Under the pieces are notes generated by a model. It did no database searches. It was not told where the DNA came from and worked only from the letters and a program-made list of their open reading frames with translations. The position numbers and the translations under genes are program-made. This document shows positions 7,719-15,592 of a stretch of DNA of 26,999 nt, one piece after another. Source of the DNA: a virus (lineage: Duplodnaviria; Caudoviricetes); the IMG/VR virus record IMGVR_UViG_3300022201_000003, positions 1-26,999 of that record, one strand, 5' to 3'. Positions within the stretch are counted from its first letter, which is position 1. Each line of letters opens with the position of its first letter.

Positions 7719-9693
7719 CGCTGTTCCTAATCGCGGCGATCGTGCCGCCGGTTGACGTGAGCTGCGCCGCGTTGGATTCGAAGGTCACGATGGGCGATGC
7801 CCCACCGTCGCGCACTCGCACGAACAGATCTCGGGTAGCCAAGAACACCGAGGTGAAGGCCTCCGAGGTCCCCGTGGACAGCTTGTCTATGTACGAGATG
7901 AACGCGTCGTTGCCGGTGGTGGCGTCCGCGTCGTCCGAGCCCTGATACGCCGCAGTCAGCGTGTAGGTCGATCCGGTGTAGCTGTCGAACGGCTGACGGG
8001 TGAAGACACCGTTGTCGTCTTCGACCCGGAGGGTTCCGGAGGTTGGCGTATCGCTAGGGATCGCCGTTGTCATCACCACAGACGCGGTTACGTTGTCTGT
8101 GAGCGTACCGTTGATGGTGTCCTGATTCTTCTCCAGGATACCCGCCGCCCGAGGTCCGACGAGCACGTAGTCCTCGCCAGACACGAGACCTGTCACGGTG
8201 AACGTCACGTTGTTTGGCGGGGTGTTGACGTCCGCGTCCAGATCCGTGATCGTGTCGCTGGCGGTCAGGTCGTCCGGATCGATGCCGAGGCCGTAGGCGC
8301 CGATATAGGAACCGGTATAGGAACCGGTGAAGATCTTTGGAACTGTCCGCGAGGTCGGAGTGAGATTGACAACGCCGTCCGCCGTCGGAGTGTCGACGGA
8401 GTAGATCGGTTGGTTGTCGCTCGGGGCGACGCCCGACTGTAGCTGGATCCAGAACGTGCCGGTACCGCCGCCGTCGTTGAGCGCCAGACAGAGCCCGGAA
8501 CCGCCCTGTAGGCCGTTGTCTGCGATCGTGACGTTGATGTCCGCAGTGGTCGTCGTGGCCACCTGCGAGACCCCGGGGAACTCCGTGATCACGTCGTTGT
8601 TGAGCAGCGTGATGCCCGTGTCGTCCAGGGCGACCACGAGCGTGTCCGTGCCGTCGTCGAAGATGACTCTGCCGGAGGCGCCGTTACTGCCGATCGTCAC
8701 ACCGTTGCCCGGAGTGAACGGTCCGTTCGCGACATTGTCATACGTGATGGTGGTGCCCCAACCGATCTCGTCGCGCTCGGCGAAATTGACTGTCTGCCCG
8801 TCGTAGTCGATCTCGTGCGTGATGCCCAAGAAGAACTCGCCAACGATGGTGTCCACGGTCTTCGTGGAGCCGGTCCGGGTGAGATCCTTGGTGTATTCCC
8901 AGAGCGCCTTGAGACCGTCGCCCTGCGCGCCGAACGTCCACTGCGAGTAGTAGGGCTGATTGCCCGCGCCGTTGTTCAGGTCGATGAGCTGGTAGCCGCC
9001 GGTCGGCGCGTTGGCCGTGCCGCCTGAATTGAGAACGTCCGAATATGCCGTGACGGTCGCCTGCGCGGTCGTGTTCTGTCCGTCCGGGGTAGTACCGATG
9101 GCCGCCACCGACTCGCCCGTGCCGAGCTGCACGTTAAAGAAGTCGAACGTGTCTCCGATCGTGGTGACATAGTGCCGCGCCTGAACACGGACGCGCTTGT
9201 TGTCGAAATCGACGCCGTTTTCACGGGTCTTGATCAACACACGCATGAGCACACCCGCCGCCGCGTTGCCGTTGTAACCGCCAGACGACTGATCCCCCCA
9301 GAACGGTGCCGTGTCGGTCGTGGTGAACTGATAGAGATCGCCGTCCTGGATCACCATGAGCTGCGTCGCCGCCGTGTTGACGGCACCCAGAACGCGCAGG
9401 CCAGAGTATACTGTATCGCCGCCCGCCTGGGTGATCGAACCGGCATAGAGGTGCTCGGCCATCGTGTCATCGATATTGTACGGAGCGTTCAGCGAGATGA
9501 TGTTGTCGGTCGACCGGACCGACGGCGTATCGGACGTGATATCGACCAGATCATTGCCAGATGCCTGTTGATCGTCCGCAAGGTCCTGCAGGAACCGGTG
9601 CAGCTCCAGCACCGTGTAGTTCGGCGTCGCGCCGCCCGTCCAGCGAATATCGCCATTGACTGCAACGCTCACATCTGTGGGGGTGATAGCCAT
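7711..9693 (-). CDS. Large acidic Thr/Gly/Asp-rich structural protein (fibre/appendage-like), 660 aa
   Basis: Long ORF with RBS AAGGA, strong GC3 bias and composition typical of virion surface proteins. Confidence 0.7.
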   Translation of the reverse strand: MAITPTDVSVAVNGDIRWTGGATPNYTVLELHRFLQDLADDQQASGNDLVDITSDTPSVRSTDNIISLNAPYNIDDTMAEHLYAGSITQAGGDTVYSGLRVLGAVNTAATQLMVIQDGDLYQFTTTDTAPFWGDQSSGGYNGNAAAGVLMRVLIKTRENGVDFDNKRVRVQARHYVTTIGDTFDFFNVQLGTGESVAAIGTTPDGQNTTAQATVTAYSDVLNSGGTANAPTGGYQLIDLNNGAGNQPYYSQWTFGAQGDGLKALWEYTKDLTRTGSTKTVDTIVGEFFLGITHEIDYDGQTVNFAERDEIGWGTTITYDNVANGPFTPGNGVTIGSNGASGRVIFDDGTDTLVVALDDTGITLLNNDVITEFPGVSQVATTTTADINVTIADNGLQGGSGLCLALNDGGGTGTFWIQLQSGVAPSDNQPIYSVDTPTADGVVNLTPTSRTVPKIFTGSYTGSYIGAYGLGIDPDDLTASDTITDLDADVNTPPNNVTFTVTGLVSGEDYVLVGPRAAGILEKNQDTINGTLTDNVTASVVMTTAIPSDTPTSGTLRVEDDNGVFTRQPFDSYTGSTYTLTAAYQGSDDADATTGNDAFISYIDKLSTGTSEAFTSVFLATRDLFVRVRDGGASPIVTFESNAAQLTSTGGTIAAIRNSDA

Positions 9694-9705
9694 AGTTCAA
9701 TTTCC

Positions 9706-11520
9706 TTATTCATCAAACGATAACGCTTGCGTTATCAGTAGCCCCGTTGAGGTATTTACTACCCCTGTCAGCGATGCATCGGCAAATATCGGGGAGGCAG
9801 TTGCCTTACGTGCGACGCCGATCACCGGCTGCGCGAGCGTCCATGTCCGCGTATCTTTGATCTCGCCGCTGACATCCGTCAAGCCTTCAAGCACAACGCC
9901 GGTTGCTATGATAGTACCGGTAGCTGGAGTGGTCGGGGAACCGGTAACCGTATAATCGTAAGCGTTCGTGGTGACGTTTGTGATAGTTTTGACGCCATTG
10001 TATTCCGCCTGATCCGCACCGCGGATGACAACCTTATTGCCATTCACCAGACCATGGGCCGTATGTGCCACGCTCGCAGTAGAGCCAGATCGGGTAATCG
10101 TCACGCTATCTTCAAACGGCAAATCTCCAGTGCCATTAGCCGCCTCGAGGATCACGCGCGCGTTTTGCAAATCAGAGTTATCGCGCCCATCGAGAATGGT
10201 CACAAGCGTATCGACCGGATCAATGACAACAACCACTGTAGCGCCATCTGTCCGATATGAAAAGTTCCCAGTGCCCCCAATGACATTAATCGTGACAGTG
10301 CCAGATGTCCGTTTTACATGAAACGTGCTGTCGTTCTGACCATTGGAGGCGTTGTAGCCGGTGGCAGCCATGCCGCGAACGGTCATCGTAAGAGGCGAGG
10401 TCGTACCGAACTCAATTGCGTGATGAGCGTTGCCCCCGACGTTGAACGTCATGTCGTCCAGCTTGCCGTCCGGATCTTCGTTGATGGCCCATATTAGCGC
10501 GGATGTATTGGCAGCCACAGTGCTGTCTAAGATGGATGTGCCCGTCATGTCGGCACCGACATCGCCGGCCGCGGTGGCATCGATCACGCCCGTGTTCAGC
10601 ACGACCGAGTTGGTCATGGTGCAGCCCTCGCCCAACTCCACCGTACGGAGTCCATTGAGCACCATGACATCCATGTCTAGCGTACCGGGCGCGGAGTCGG
10701 TCGTGACTATGAGATCGGGACGGTTCGTGGCCGCCGCAGGATCACCCGACGCCAACACCCCGTTGGACAGATTCACGTCATCGCCCGCGCGCGTTATGTC
10801 TATCGATAGGCCCTGGAACGTGGTAGATACCAATGGCTGATCCGGCCACGTTATAGAGAAACCGGAATCCGTGAATGTAGTGGCGTTTGTGCCGTCTCCG
10901 ATCTCCAGGCGAGCGAAACAGAGATCCGCGCCGTAGAGCGATAGCAGAACGCCCTCCACGTTATTAGTCTCAAACGTACGAAAATCGTCGAAATCGCCCG
11001 CCGTACCTGTCCAGAGATATCCGGACGTTCCGTGATGGATCTCGTCAATTATCCAGTTATCGCCGGCCCCTCCGACATTTCCGATATCGATGTAGGCCCC
11101 GATATTATTGATCGACGCCTCGTTGGCGCTACCACTGGATCCCTGACTGTCAGGCGTTCGCGAGACATCTACCCAGAGAGGCACCCAACCACCGATAACG
11201 GGCACGTTCGCAGCGCCGTATTCATGGTTGTCATAGACATTAGTGCCGGATTGCAGACGAGCAGTGAACCCCGTCACGTTAGACCAGTGAAAGCAGAAGC
11301 ACCAGATTTTAACGTGTTCTCCTGCGGCAGACAGATCTACCGCAGTAATTGTGGCCATGAACCCCTTATCAGAGGTGTTGTCAATGCGCCGCCCGCCTGA
11401 TTGCGCGCCTTCGATGAAGACATCGGTATTGTCGCCAGCGCCACCGCCCGAGCCGATATTGGCGTAGGTGGGACTGGACTCGAACGTCTCCAGCGAAGTT
11501 AGTTGCGAAGCTACGGCCAT
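9706..11520 (-). CDS. Large structural protein (fibre/appendage-like), 604 aa
   Basis: T/G/N/D-rich. Contains the small beta-domain TITRSGSTASVAHTAHGLVNGNKVVIRGADQAEYNG common in phage tail proteins. TGATG-coupled to the upstream gene. Confidence 0.7.
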   Translation of the reverse strand: MAVASQLTSLETFESSPTYANIGSGGGAGDNTDVFIEGAQSGGRRIDNTSDKGFMATITAVDLSAAGEHVKIWCFCFHWSNVTGFTARLQSGTNVYDNHEYGAANVPVIGGWVPLWVDVSRTPDSQGSSGSANEASINNIGAYIDIGNVGGAGDNWIIDEIHHGTSGYLWTGTAGDFDDFRTFETNNVEGVLLSLYGADLCFARLEIGDGTNATTFTDSGFSITWPDQPLVSTTFQGLSIDITRAGDDVNLSNGVLASGDPAAATNRPDLIVTTDSAPGTLDMDVMVLNGLRTVELGEGCTMTNSVVLNTGVIDATAAGDVGADMTGTSILDSTVAANTSALIWAINEDPDGKLDDMTFNVGGNAHHAIEFGTTSPLTMTVRGMAATGYNASNGQNDSTFHVKRTSGTVTINVIGGTGNFSYRTDGATVVVVIDPVDTLVTILDGRDNSDLQNARVILEAANGTGDLPFEDSVTITRSGSTASVAHTAHGLVNGNKVVIRGADQAEYNGVKTITNVTTNAYDYTVTGSPTTPATGTIIATGVVLEGLTDVSGEIKDTRTWTLAQPVIGVARKATASPIFADASLTGVVNTSTGLLITQALSFDE

Positions 11521-11714
11521 CAGTCGACTATTTTATTCACCGTGTCTGCGTCGGGGTCACGTCGATCCGATAGGGGGTAGGTCTTGCCGTTTGCATGCTG
11601 CACGGAATACGCCGTGCACCCACTACATTTGTGCAAGACATGCGCCGCGTGCCGCTCTCTGGTTCCATCGGCCGATTGTTCGATTGAACCGTTGCAATAG
11701 GGACATCTATACAC
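11520..11714 (-). CDS. Zn-ribbon-like small protein, 64 aa
   Basis: GTG start behind GGAGGCGGAG. MYRCPYCNG...HKCSGC. Overlaps the upstream stop, and its TGA overlaps the next ATG. Confidence 0.65.
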   Translation of the reverse strand: MYRCPYCNGSIEQSADGTRERHAAHVLHKCSGCTAYSVQHANGKTYPLSDRRDPDADTVNKIVD

Positions 11715-12222
11715 TGTATCTCTCCGCCTCCGCTGAAATCGTAATCTCGTCGAATCCCGCGGGTCCGGCAGGATCACCGTCGACGATTGAGAACCGCAAC
11801 CTGATCTTGCTGTCGGGCAGCGTTCCCTGCACACGGCTAACTCGGCATATCTCACGATCCAGGGGAAATAGACTATCATCCACGCCCAGGTTGAACGTGT
11901 CGATATTTGGCTGCATCACCAACACCCGGCTCAGGGGTTGATCTGATAAACGCAGCGCCGAGAACTGGGTCAGCGGCGTGGTTACCCAATTAAGATTCTG
12001 ATCCTGGGCTTCTAGCTGCGCCCCTATGAAAAAGCTCCCCAATACACCCGCAGGCAGCAAATTTGAGTAAGAAATCACGATCTTGATGCTGTTGAACACG
12101 GTGCCCGACCCATTGTCGATCTCTGGGCAAACCAGTAGATCCTTTTGGACTCCCTGCTGCAGGTTGAGGGAAGCCGCCGTGATCGTGACATTGTCAGCTA
12201 AACTAGTTACGATATTCGCCAT
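11707..12222 (-). CDS. Hypothetical beta-rich protein, 171 aa (alternative start at 12315 adds a hydrophobic leader)
   Basis: ATG 12222 preceded by AGGAG. MANIVTSLADNVTIT... Confidence 0.7.
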   Translation of the reverse strand: MANIVTSLADNVTITAASLNLQQGVQKDLLVCPEIDNGSGTVFNSIKIVISYSNLLPAGVLGSFFIGAQLEAQDQNLNWVTTPLTQFSALRLSDQPLSRVLVMQPNIDTFNLGVDDSLFPLDREICRVSRVQGTLPDSKIRLRFSIVDGDPAGPAGFDEITISAEAERYSV

Positions 12223-12365
12223 TTGGGTGCTCCTATATGTCGCCGCCATAGCAAGACCTGCTACCGTTCCAACGACGAAAACAATGCACAGAATCACAAC
12301 CAAATTTGGAGACATTGATTTCGCCGCCTAAAAGCTGGGAGCCTGCCAGGATCAGATCCATATAC

Positions 12366-12394
12366 GATATAGCACTCCTCGGCTTGAGCAACAA
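12366..12394 (-). promoter_or_regulatory. Sigma70-like promoter upstream of the post-lysis structural cassette
   Basis: TTGTTG-N17-TATATC with extended TGn (TGCTATAT), resembling alphaproteobacterial RpoD promoters. Confidence 0.5.
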
Positions 12395-12400
12395 CACGTA

Positions 12401-12586
12401 TCAGGTTCGTGCATCATTCCGCTGCGGTGCGCGCTTCATGCCGTGATCGGCGAGCAGCCGTTGAACTTCAAGGCTCAAATCGAGCTTGGTGGCCGCCAGC
12501 TTCCTGGCCGCGCGCCGGATATCGTCATGGGCCTTCTCCACGCTTGCGCTCTGGCGCTTCCCGATTATGAGCATGAGCAGACGCAT
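12401..12586 (-). CDS. Hypothetical protein, 61 aa
   Basis: Starts 3 nt after the upstream stop with GGGA/AGG upstream. Basic and helical. Confidence 0.55.
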   Translation of the reverse strand: MRLLMLIIGKRQSASVEKAHDDIRRAARKLAATKLDLSLEVQRLLADHGMKRAPQRNDART

Positions 12587-12589
12587 GGC

Positions 12590-12823
12590 CTATCCCGCTC
12601 CCCGGTTGTCCGGGTCCTTCAGTATGGCTTCCTCGCTGTCGTCGACGTTGTCACGCGCCTCTTCGGCCTCGAGCACCAGCTCGTCGACCTCCTTGGAGCC
12701 CTTTTGCGCAGCTTCCGCCGCGCCGCCCTGGCGGGCCTGCTCAAGCTGGCCGGAGCGCTCACGTTCTTCAGCGAAGCCAAGCAACGCCTTGAAAAATCCC
12801 AGAACCGCCAACAGGGCTGACAT
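12590..12823 (-). CDS. Putative i-spanin (Rz-like)
   Basis: Hydrophobic N-terminus (MSALLAVLGFFKALLGF), helical A/E/Q/R-rich body and C-terminal DPDNR. RBS AAGGA, located in the lysis region. Confidence 0.55.
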   Translation of the reverse strand: MSALLAVLGFFKALLGFAEERERSGQLEQARQGGAAEAAQKGSKEVDELVLEAEEARDNVDDSEEAILKDPDNRGAG

Positions 12824-12827
12824 CGTA

Positions 12828-13028
12828 CTATCCTTTCACAGCTTTGGCGCTGTCGAGCCGGATGACATTGGACGGCGGTTCAGCGGATCGAGCTGTCTTC
12901 TCGTACAGCTCCACGAGCTCCAGCTCTGTGTTCGCCAGTTTGCTCCTCGCCTGCGCCAACTCTTCTTCGGCAACTGCCGGGGCGCTCATCGTTTTTCTGA
13001 GCGACGCGAACCAATTCGAGAGGTTCAT
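12828..13028 (-). CDS. Hypothetical coiled-coil protein, 66 aa
   Basis: ATGA-coupled to the upstream gene. Confidence 0.6.
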   Translation of the reverse strand: MNLSNWFASLRKTMSAPAVAEEELAQARSKLANTELELVELYEKTARSAEPPSNVIRLDSAKAVKG

Positions 13029-13240
13029 CCCTTGTCTCCTGCCGACCGGATCTGAAGGATCTGTATCATGTGTTGCAAAGATCGGTCTACTGTACCCAAA
13101 TATCGAGCGGCATCAAGGGTTGCCTTCAGCAAACGCGTTCGCTCCTTCCACTGAATGTAGTTCACGCCGATCAGAATTATGACGATCGTGTGTTGGCTCA
13201 GGAGCCACTCAGTGACTGTTTTTATTGTGTCTTCAGTCAT
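13025..13240 (-). CDS. Single-TM membrane protein, 71 aa (holin/antiholin-like candidate)
   Basis: MTEDTIKTVTEWLLSQHTIVIILIGVNYIQWKERTR... It is the C-terminal part of the track's 241-aa ORF. Confidence 0.6.
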   Translation of the reverse strand: MTEDTIKTVTEWLLSQHTIVIILIGVNYIQWKERTRLLKATLDAARYLGTVDRSLQHMIQILQIRSAGDKG

Positions 13241-13303
13241 AAGCACATGTTTCCGTTCTCTTTTTCTGCCCCCGACATGCGCATAACCAAATCGCCAAAC
13301 GGT

Positions 13304-13338
13304 AAAAAGATGCCGGCACCCTCCGGGGGGTAGCCGGC
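13304..13338 (-). terminator. Rho-independent terminator inside the lysis region
   Basis: On the - strand: GCCGGCTACCCCCCGGAGGGTGCCGGC followed by ATCTTTTT. Confidence 0.65.
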
Positions 13339-13377
13339 CGCCGTGCTCAGTTGATACCCGGATCCTCGTATGATAGC

Positions 13378-13773
13378 TCAAATCACCGCGATCAACAGCG
13401 CTTTTATGCCGCAACCTCCTGTAATTGGTGCAATTGCTTCCATCGCTTTGTGAGGGCGCCAAACCGCCTTTTTCTCGGGCCCGTCGTACCGGTCGCCAGG
13501 CCACCCCCTCAAATAATTGTGATCGAATTGCGTCGCTTGAACTTGTGTCAGCTCGCGGAGGAACACCGCTACGGCGCCGCAAATAGGCCCGGGGAGCGCG
13601 GCCGGGCTGAACGCAAACGCATCCACCTGGCCGAGCATGGTCAGCCAGATCATGGGCAGTTCGGCCAGCAGGCTCCATTTGATGAAGAGAACCAGATGAC
13701 CGAGGTTGTCCCGGGTCCATGTCTCGCGCCAGATGTTGGCGAAAGTCCATTCGTCTTCCGGATCTGTGGCCAT
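13378..13773 (-). CDS. Putative membrane protein, 131 aa
   Basis: Two or three hydrophobic segments, Trp-rich, with AGGGA upstream. Confidence 0.65.
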   Translation of the reverse strand: MATDPEDEWTFANIWRETWTRDNLGHLVLFIKWSLLAELPMIWLTMLGQVDAFAFSPAALPGPICGAVAVFLRELTQVQATQFDHNYLRGWPGDRYDGPEKKAVWRPHKAMEAIAPITGGCGIKALLIAVI

Positions 13774-13794
13774 CTCTCGCGTCCCTAGAGAGTG

Positions 13795-13818
13795 GCCGGC
13801 CGCCCGAAGGCGGCCGGC
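13795..13818 (-). other. Very stable UUCG-loop hairpin after the holin
   Basis: 10-bp perfect stem GCCGGCCGCC-TTCG-GGCGGCCGGC on the - strand, with only a weak pyrimidine tail. Confidence 0.7.
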
Positions 13819-13828
13819 AGGACCGGAG

Positions 13829-14035
13829 CTACCCGGTAAAGAAGGTGCGGAACACCCAAGTCAAGACCATCACGGCAGAGCCGATAGCCGTAGCTGCGGC
13901 CGCCTGCACCTCAGGCGGGAGATCGATGCCGAAATAGGTGAGTATCATTGCACCGATACCGAGCATCTGTGCCCAGTTGATCTTGGATTTGGCGGGCGGG
14001 TTGATGCCTGTTCCACCAGTATCAATGTTGCTCAT
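13829..14035 (-). CDS. Putative holin (2 TM), 68 aa
   Basis: MSNIDTGG...KSKINWAQMLGIGAMILTYFGI...AIGSAVMVLTWVFRTFFTG. RBS AAGGAG, directly after the endolysin. Confidence 0.75.
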   Translation of the reverse strand: MSNIDTGGTGINPPAKSKINWAQMLGIGAMILTYFGIDLPPEVQAAAATAIGSAVMVLTWVFRTFFTG

Positions 14036-14048
14036 TAGGTTCTCCTTT

Positions 14049-14765
14049 CTAAGCTTCGTTTTGCGATACCCTGCCATCTGAGTTAACGACAGAGAGCGCG
14101 TCAAATCCTATCTCCGGCGGAGTATAGGAGGTCGGCACGTGATATGAAAGCACGCGGTTCAGGCCGAACGGCTTGATGGTTACCGCGTTGCCCTGGTTGC
14201 CGCCCAGCACCATCAGGTTGCCATGCTGATCACGGCCCACAACGAACCCGACGTGTCCGTAAGGCCCTTTGCGCTTCTTCCGCCAGAACACCACGATGGC
14301 GCCGACGCACGGCTCCTTCAGGACGCGGCCCCACCGCTTCCAGTGGTAGGAGCGCGCCGCGGCTGACCGTGTCGACCGGATGCCGAGCTCTTCGAGCACG
14401 CCTCCGACGAACCCAGCGCACCACGGCGTCTCGTCATCGGTGAATCCCATGCGGATCTTGACCCACCATTCGAGGATCTTCGGATTGTGTTTCGAACCGC
14501 GGTACTCTTTGAGCCCGAGATACGACATCGCGCGCTTCATCCACGGGAGATCATCGAGCTGAGCGGGTGCCGGGCGGCCCACATTCGCTCTGAACAGCGC
14601 CGCCTTGGTCAGCGGGCCAACATATGAGCGATCGAGTAACCCGATGGAGCGCTTAAACGCGCGGATGGCGTTCTCTGTCCGAGGTCCCATGAAGCCGTCG
14701 ACCGGGCCCGGATTGAACCCGTGGCGGACGAGTGCTTCCTGTATACGCCGGGTTGATTCTTTCAT
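14049..14765 (-). CDS. Endolysin: peptidoglycan-binding domain plus TIGR02594/NlpC-P60(CHAP)-like peptidase
   Basis: IQEAL...GFNPGPVDGFMGPRT..AI..F...GL PG-binding motif, DDETPWCAGFV (catalytic Cys), GHVGFV (His) and LGGNQ. Start placed at ATG 14765 behind GAGAGG. Confidence 0.92.
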   Translation of the reverse strand: MKESTRRIQEALVRHGFNPGPVDGFMGPRTENAIRAFKRSIGLLDRSYVGPLTKAALFRANVGRPAPAQLDDLPWMKRAMSYLGLKEYRGSKHNPKILEWWVKIRMGFTDDETPWCAGFVGGVLEELGIRSTRSAAARSYHWKRWGRVLKEPCVGAIVVFWRKKRKGPYGHVGFVVGRDQHGNLMVLGGNQGNAVTIKPFGLNRVLSYHVPTSYTPPEIGFDALSVVNSDGRVSQNEA

Positions 14766-14790
14766 TGTTTGCAATTCCTCTCGGAGTAGC

Positions 14791-14818
14791 TTGACAGAGC
14801 GGCGCTCCGCGTGATGAT
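14791..14818 (+). promoter_or_regulatory. Sigma70-like promoter for the antisense lipoprotein gene
   Basis: TTGACA-N16-GATGAT. Confidence 0.5.
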
Positions 14819-14880
14819 TTAGCAATAAGCGGCGCCGTTTACAATGTCATTGCACTTTTCGCTGACGGAAGGATATGAAA

Positions 14881-15129
14881 ATGCTGAGAATACTACCGTT
14901 TCTCGCACTGTTTGTGTTGGCCGGGTGCTCTCATGGCCCGGTCGAGGCAGGCATAGACGCTATGGTAGCCAAGCGCCTATACTGCACTCAGTCCAAACGG
15001 ATCACCTACAAATACGTCAAAGGACGTCCGGAAGTCTCGGACACCCTAGGGACGATCAATCAGATCCGGCCGAACAATGCTGCTCGCAAGGTGATCTGCG
15101 CCCCTAAGCCTGCGCCTTCTTCCGAGTAG
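14881..15129 (+). CDS. Lipoprotein, putative o-spanin (Rz1-like); start may be 14875
   Basis: Signal peptide with lipobox LAG^C. Mature part C...IT...DTLGTINQIRPNNAARKVIC matches the C..I...DT..T..QI..(H)NA....C pattern recalled from alphaproteobacterial phage o-spanins. RBS AAGGA. Confidence 0.7.
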   Translation: MLRILPFLALFVLAGCSHGPVEAGIDAMVAKRLYCTQSKRITYKYVKGRPEVSDTLGTINQIRPNNAARKVICAPKPAPSSE

Positions 15130-15469
15130 CGGCCTTCGGCTTCAGGTTGCTGGCCGCATCGAGCGCGGCTTGTTGCTGAGCTTGTTGCTGCTGGGCTATG
15201 CGCCGCTGTTGAAGCGCGCGCATGTTGTCGCATAAGTTCTGGTGCTGCACCAGCATAGCGCATTCAAAGAGCTGATTGCCGGCTGTCCCGAACATGTCGA
15301 TCATCCTGCCGTCCTCCAGAACGGCCACGCCGACAATGCAACTCAGAGTGTTATCGCGAACAGCTTCATGGATGACACCGAAGTTCGACAGAAGGCGCGC
15401 ATCACCCGGATTCTCCGGGGCGGCCGGGGCTTTTTTTGCACGGGTAGTTTTGCGGGGGGCTCGTGTCAT
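15104..15469 (-). CDS. Hypothetical protein with basic K/A/R-rich termini and a poly-Q helix, 121 aa
   Basis: RBS AAGGAG. Its 3' end overlaps the lipoprotein gene convergently by 26 nt. Confidence 0.7.
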   Translation of the reverse strand: MTRAPRKTTRAKKAPAAPENPGDARLLSNFGVIHEAVRDNTLSCIVGVAVLEDGRMIDMFGTAGNQLFECAMLVQHQNLCDNMRALQQRRIAQQQQAQQQAALDAASNLKPKAATRKKAQA

Positions 15470-15592
15470 GTGTTTTCTCCTTGGTAAAAGTCAAATGAGC
15501 AAAATCGCCGCAGCTATTTGGACGTAAACAAGTGGTTAGGTCAAGCTACAGGCAAAAGAAAATCACGCGGCCGTCACCCAACATCTCTCCTG

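Noticed and set aside
8305-8328. Tandem 12-bp repeat ATAGGAACCGGT x2
   Set aside because: It encodes in-frame TGSY-TGSY and has only two copies, so it is neither a CRISPR nor a phase-variable tract.
13025-13750. 241-aa ORF in the track
   Set aside because: Its N-terminal two thirds overlap the 131-aa gene and cross a terminator. Only the last 71 aa look like a real protein.
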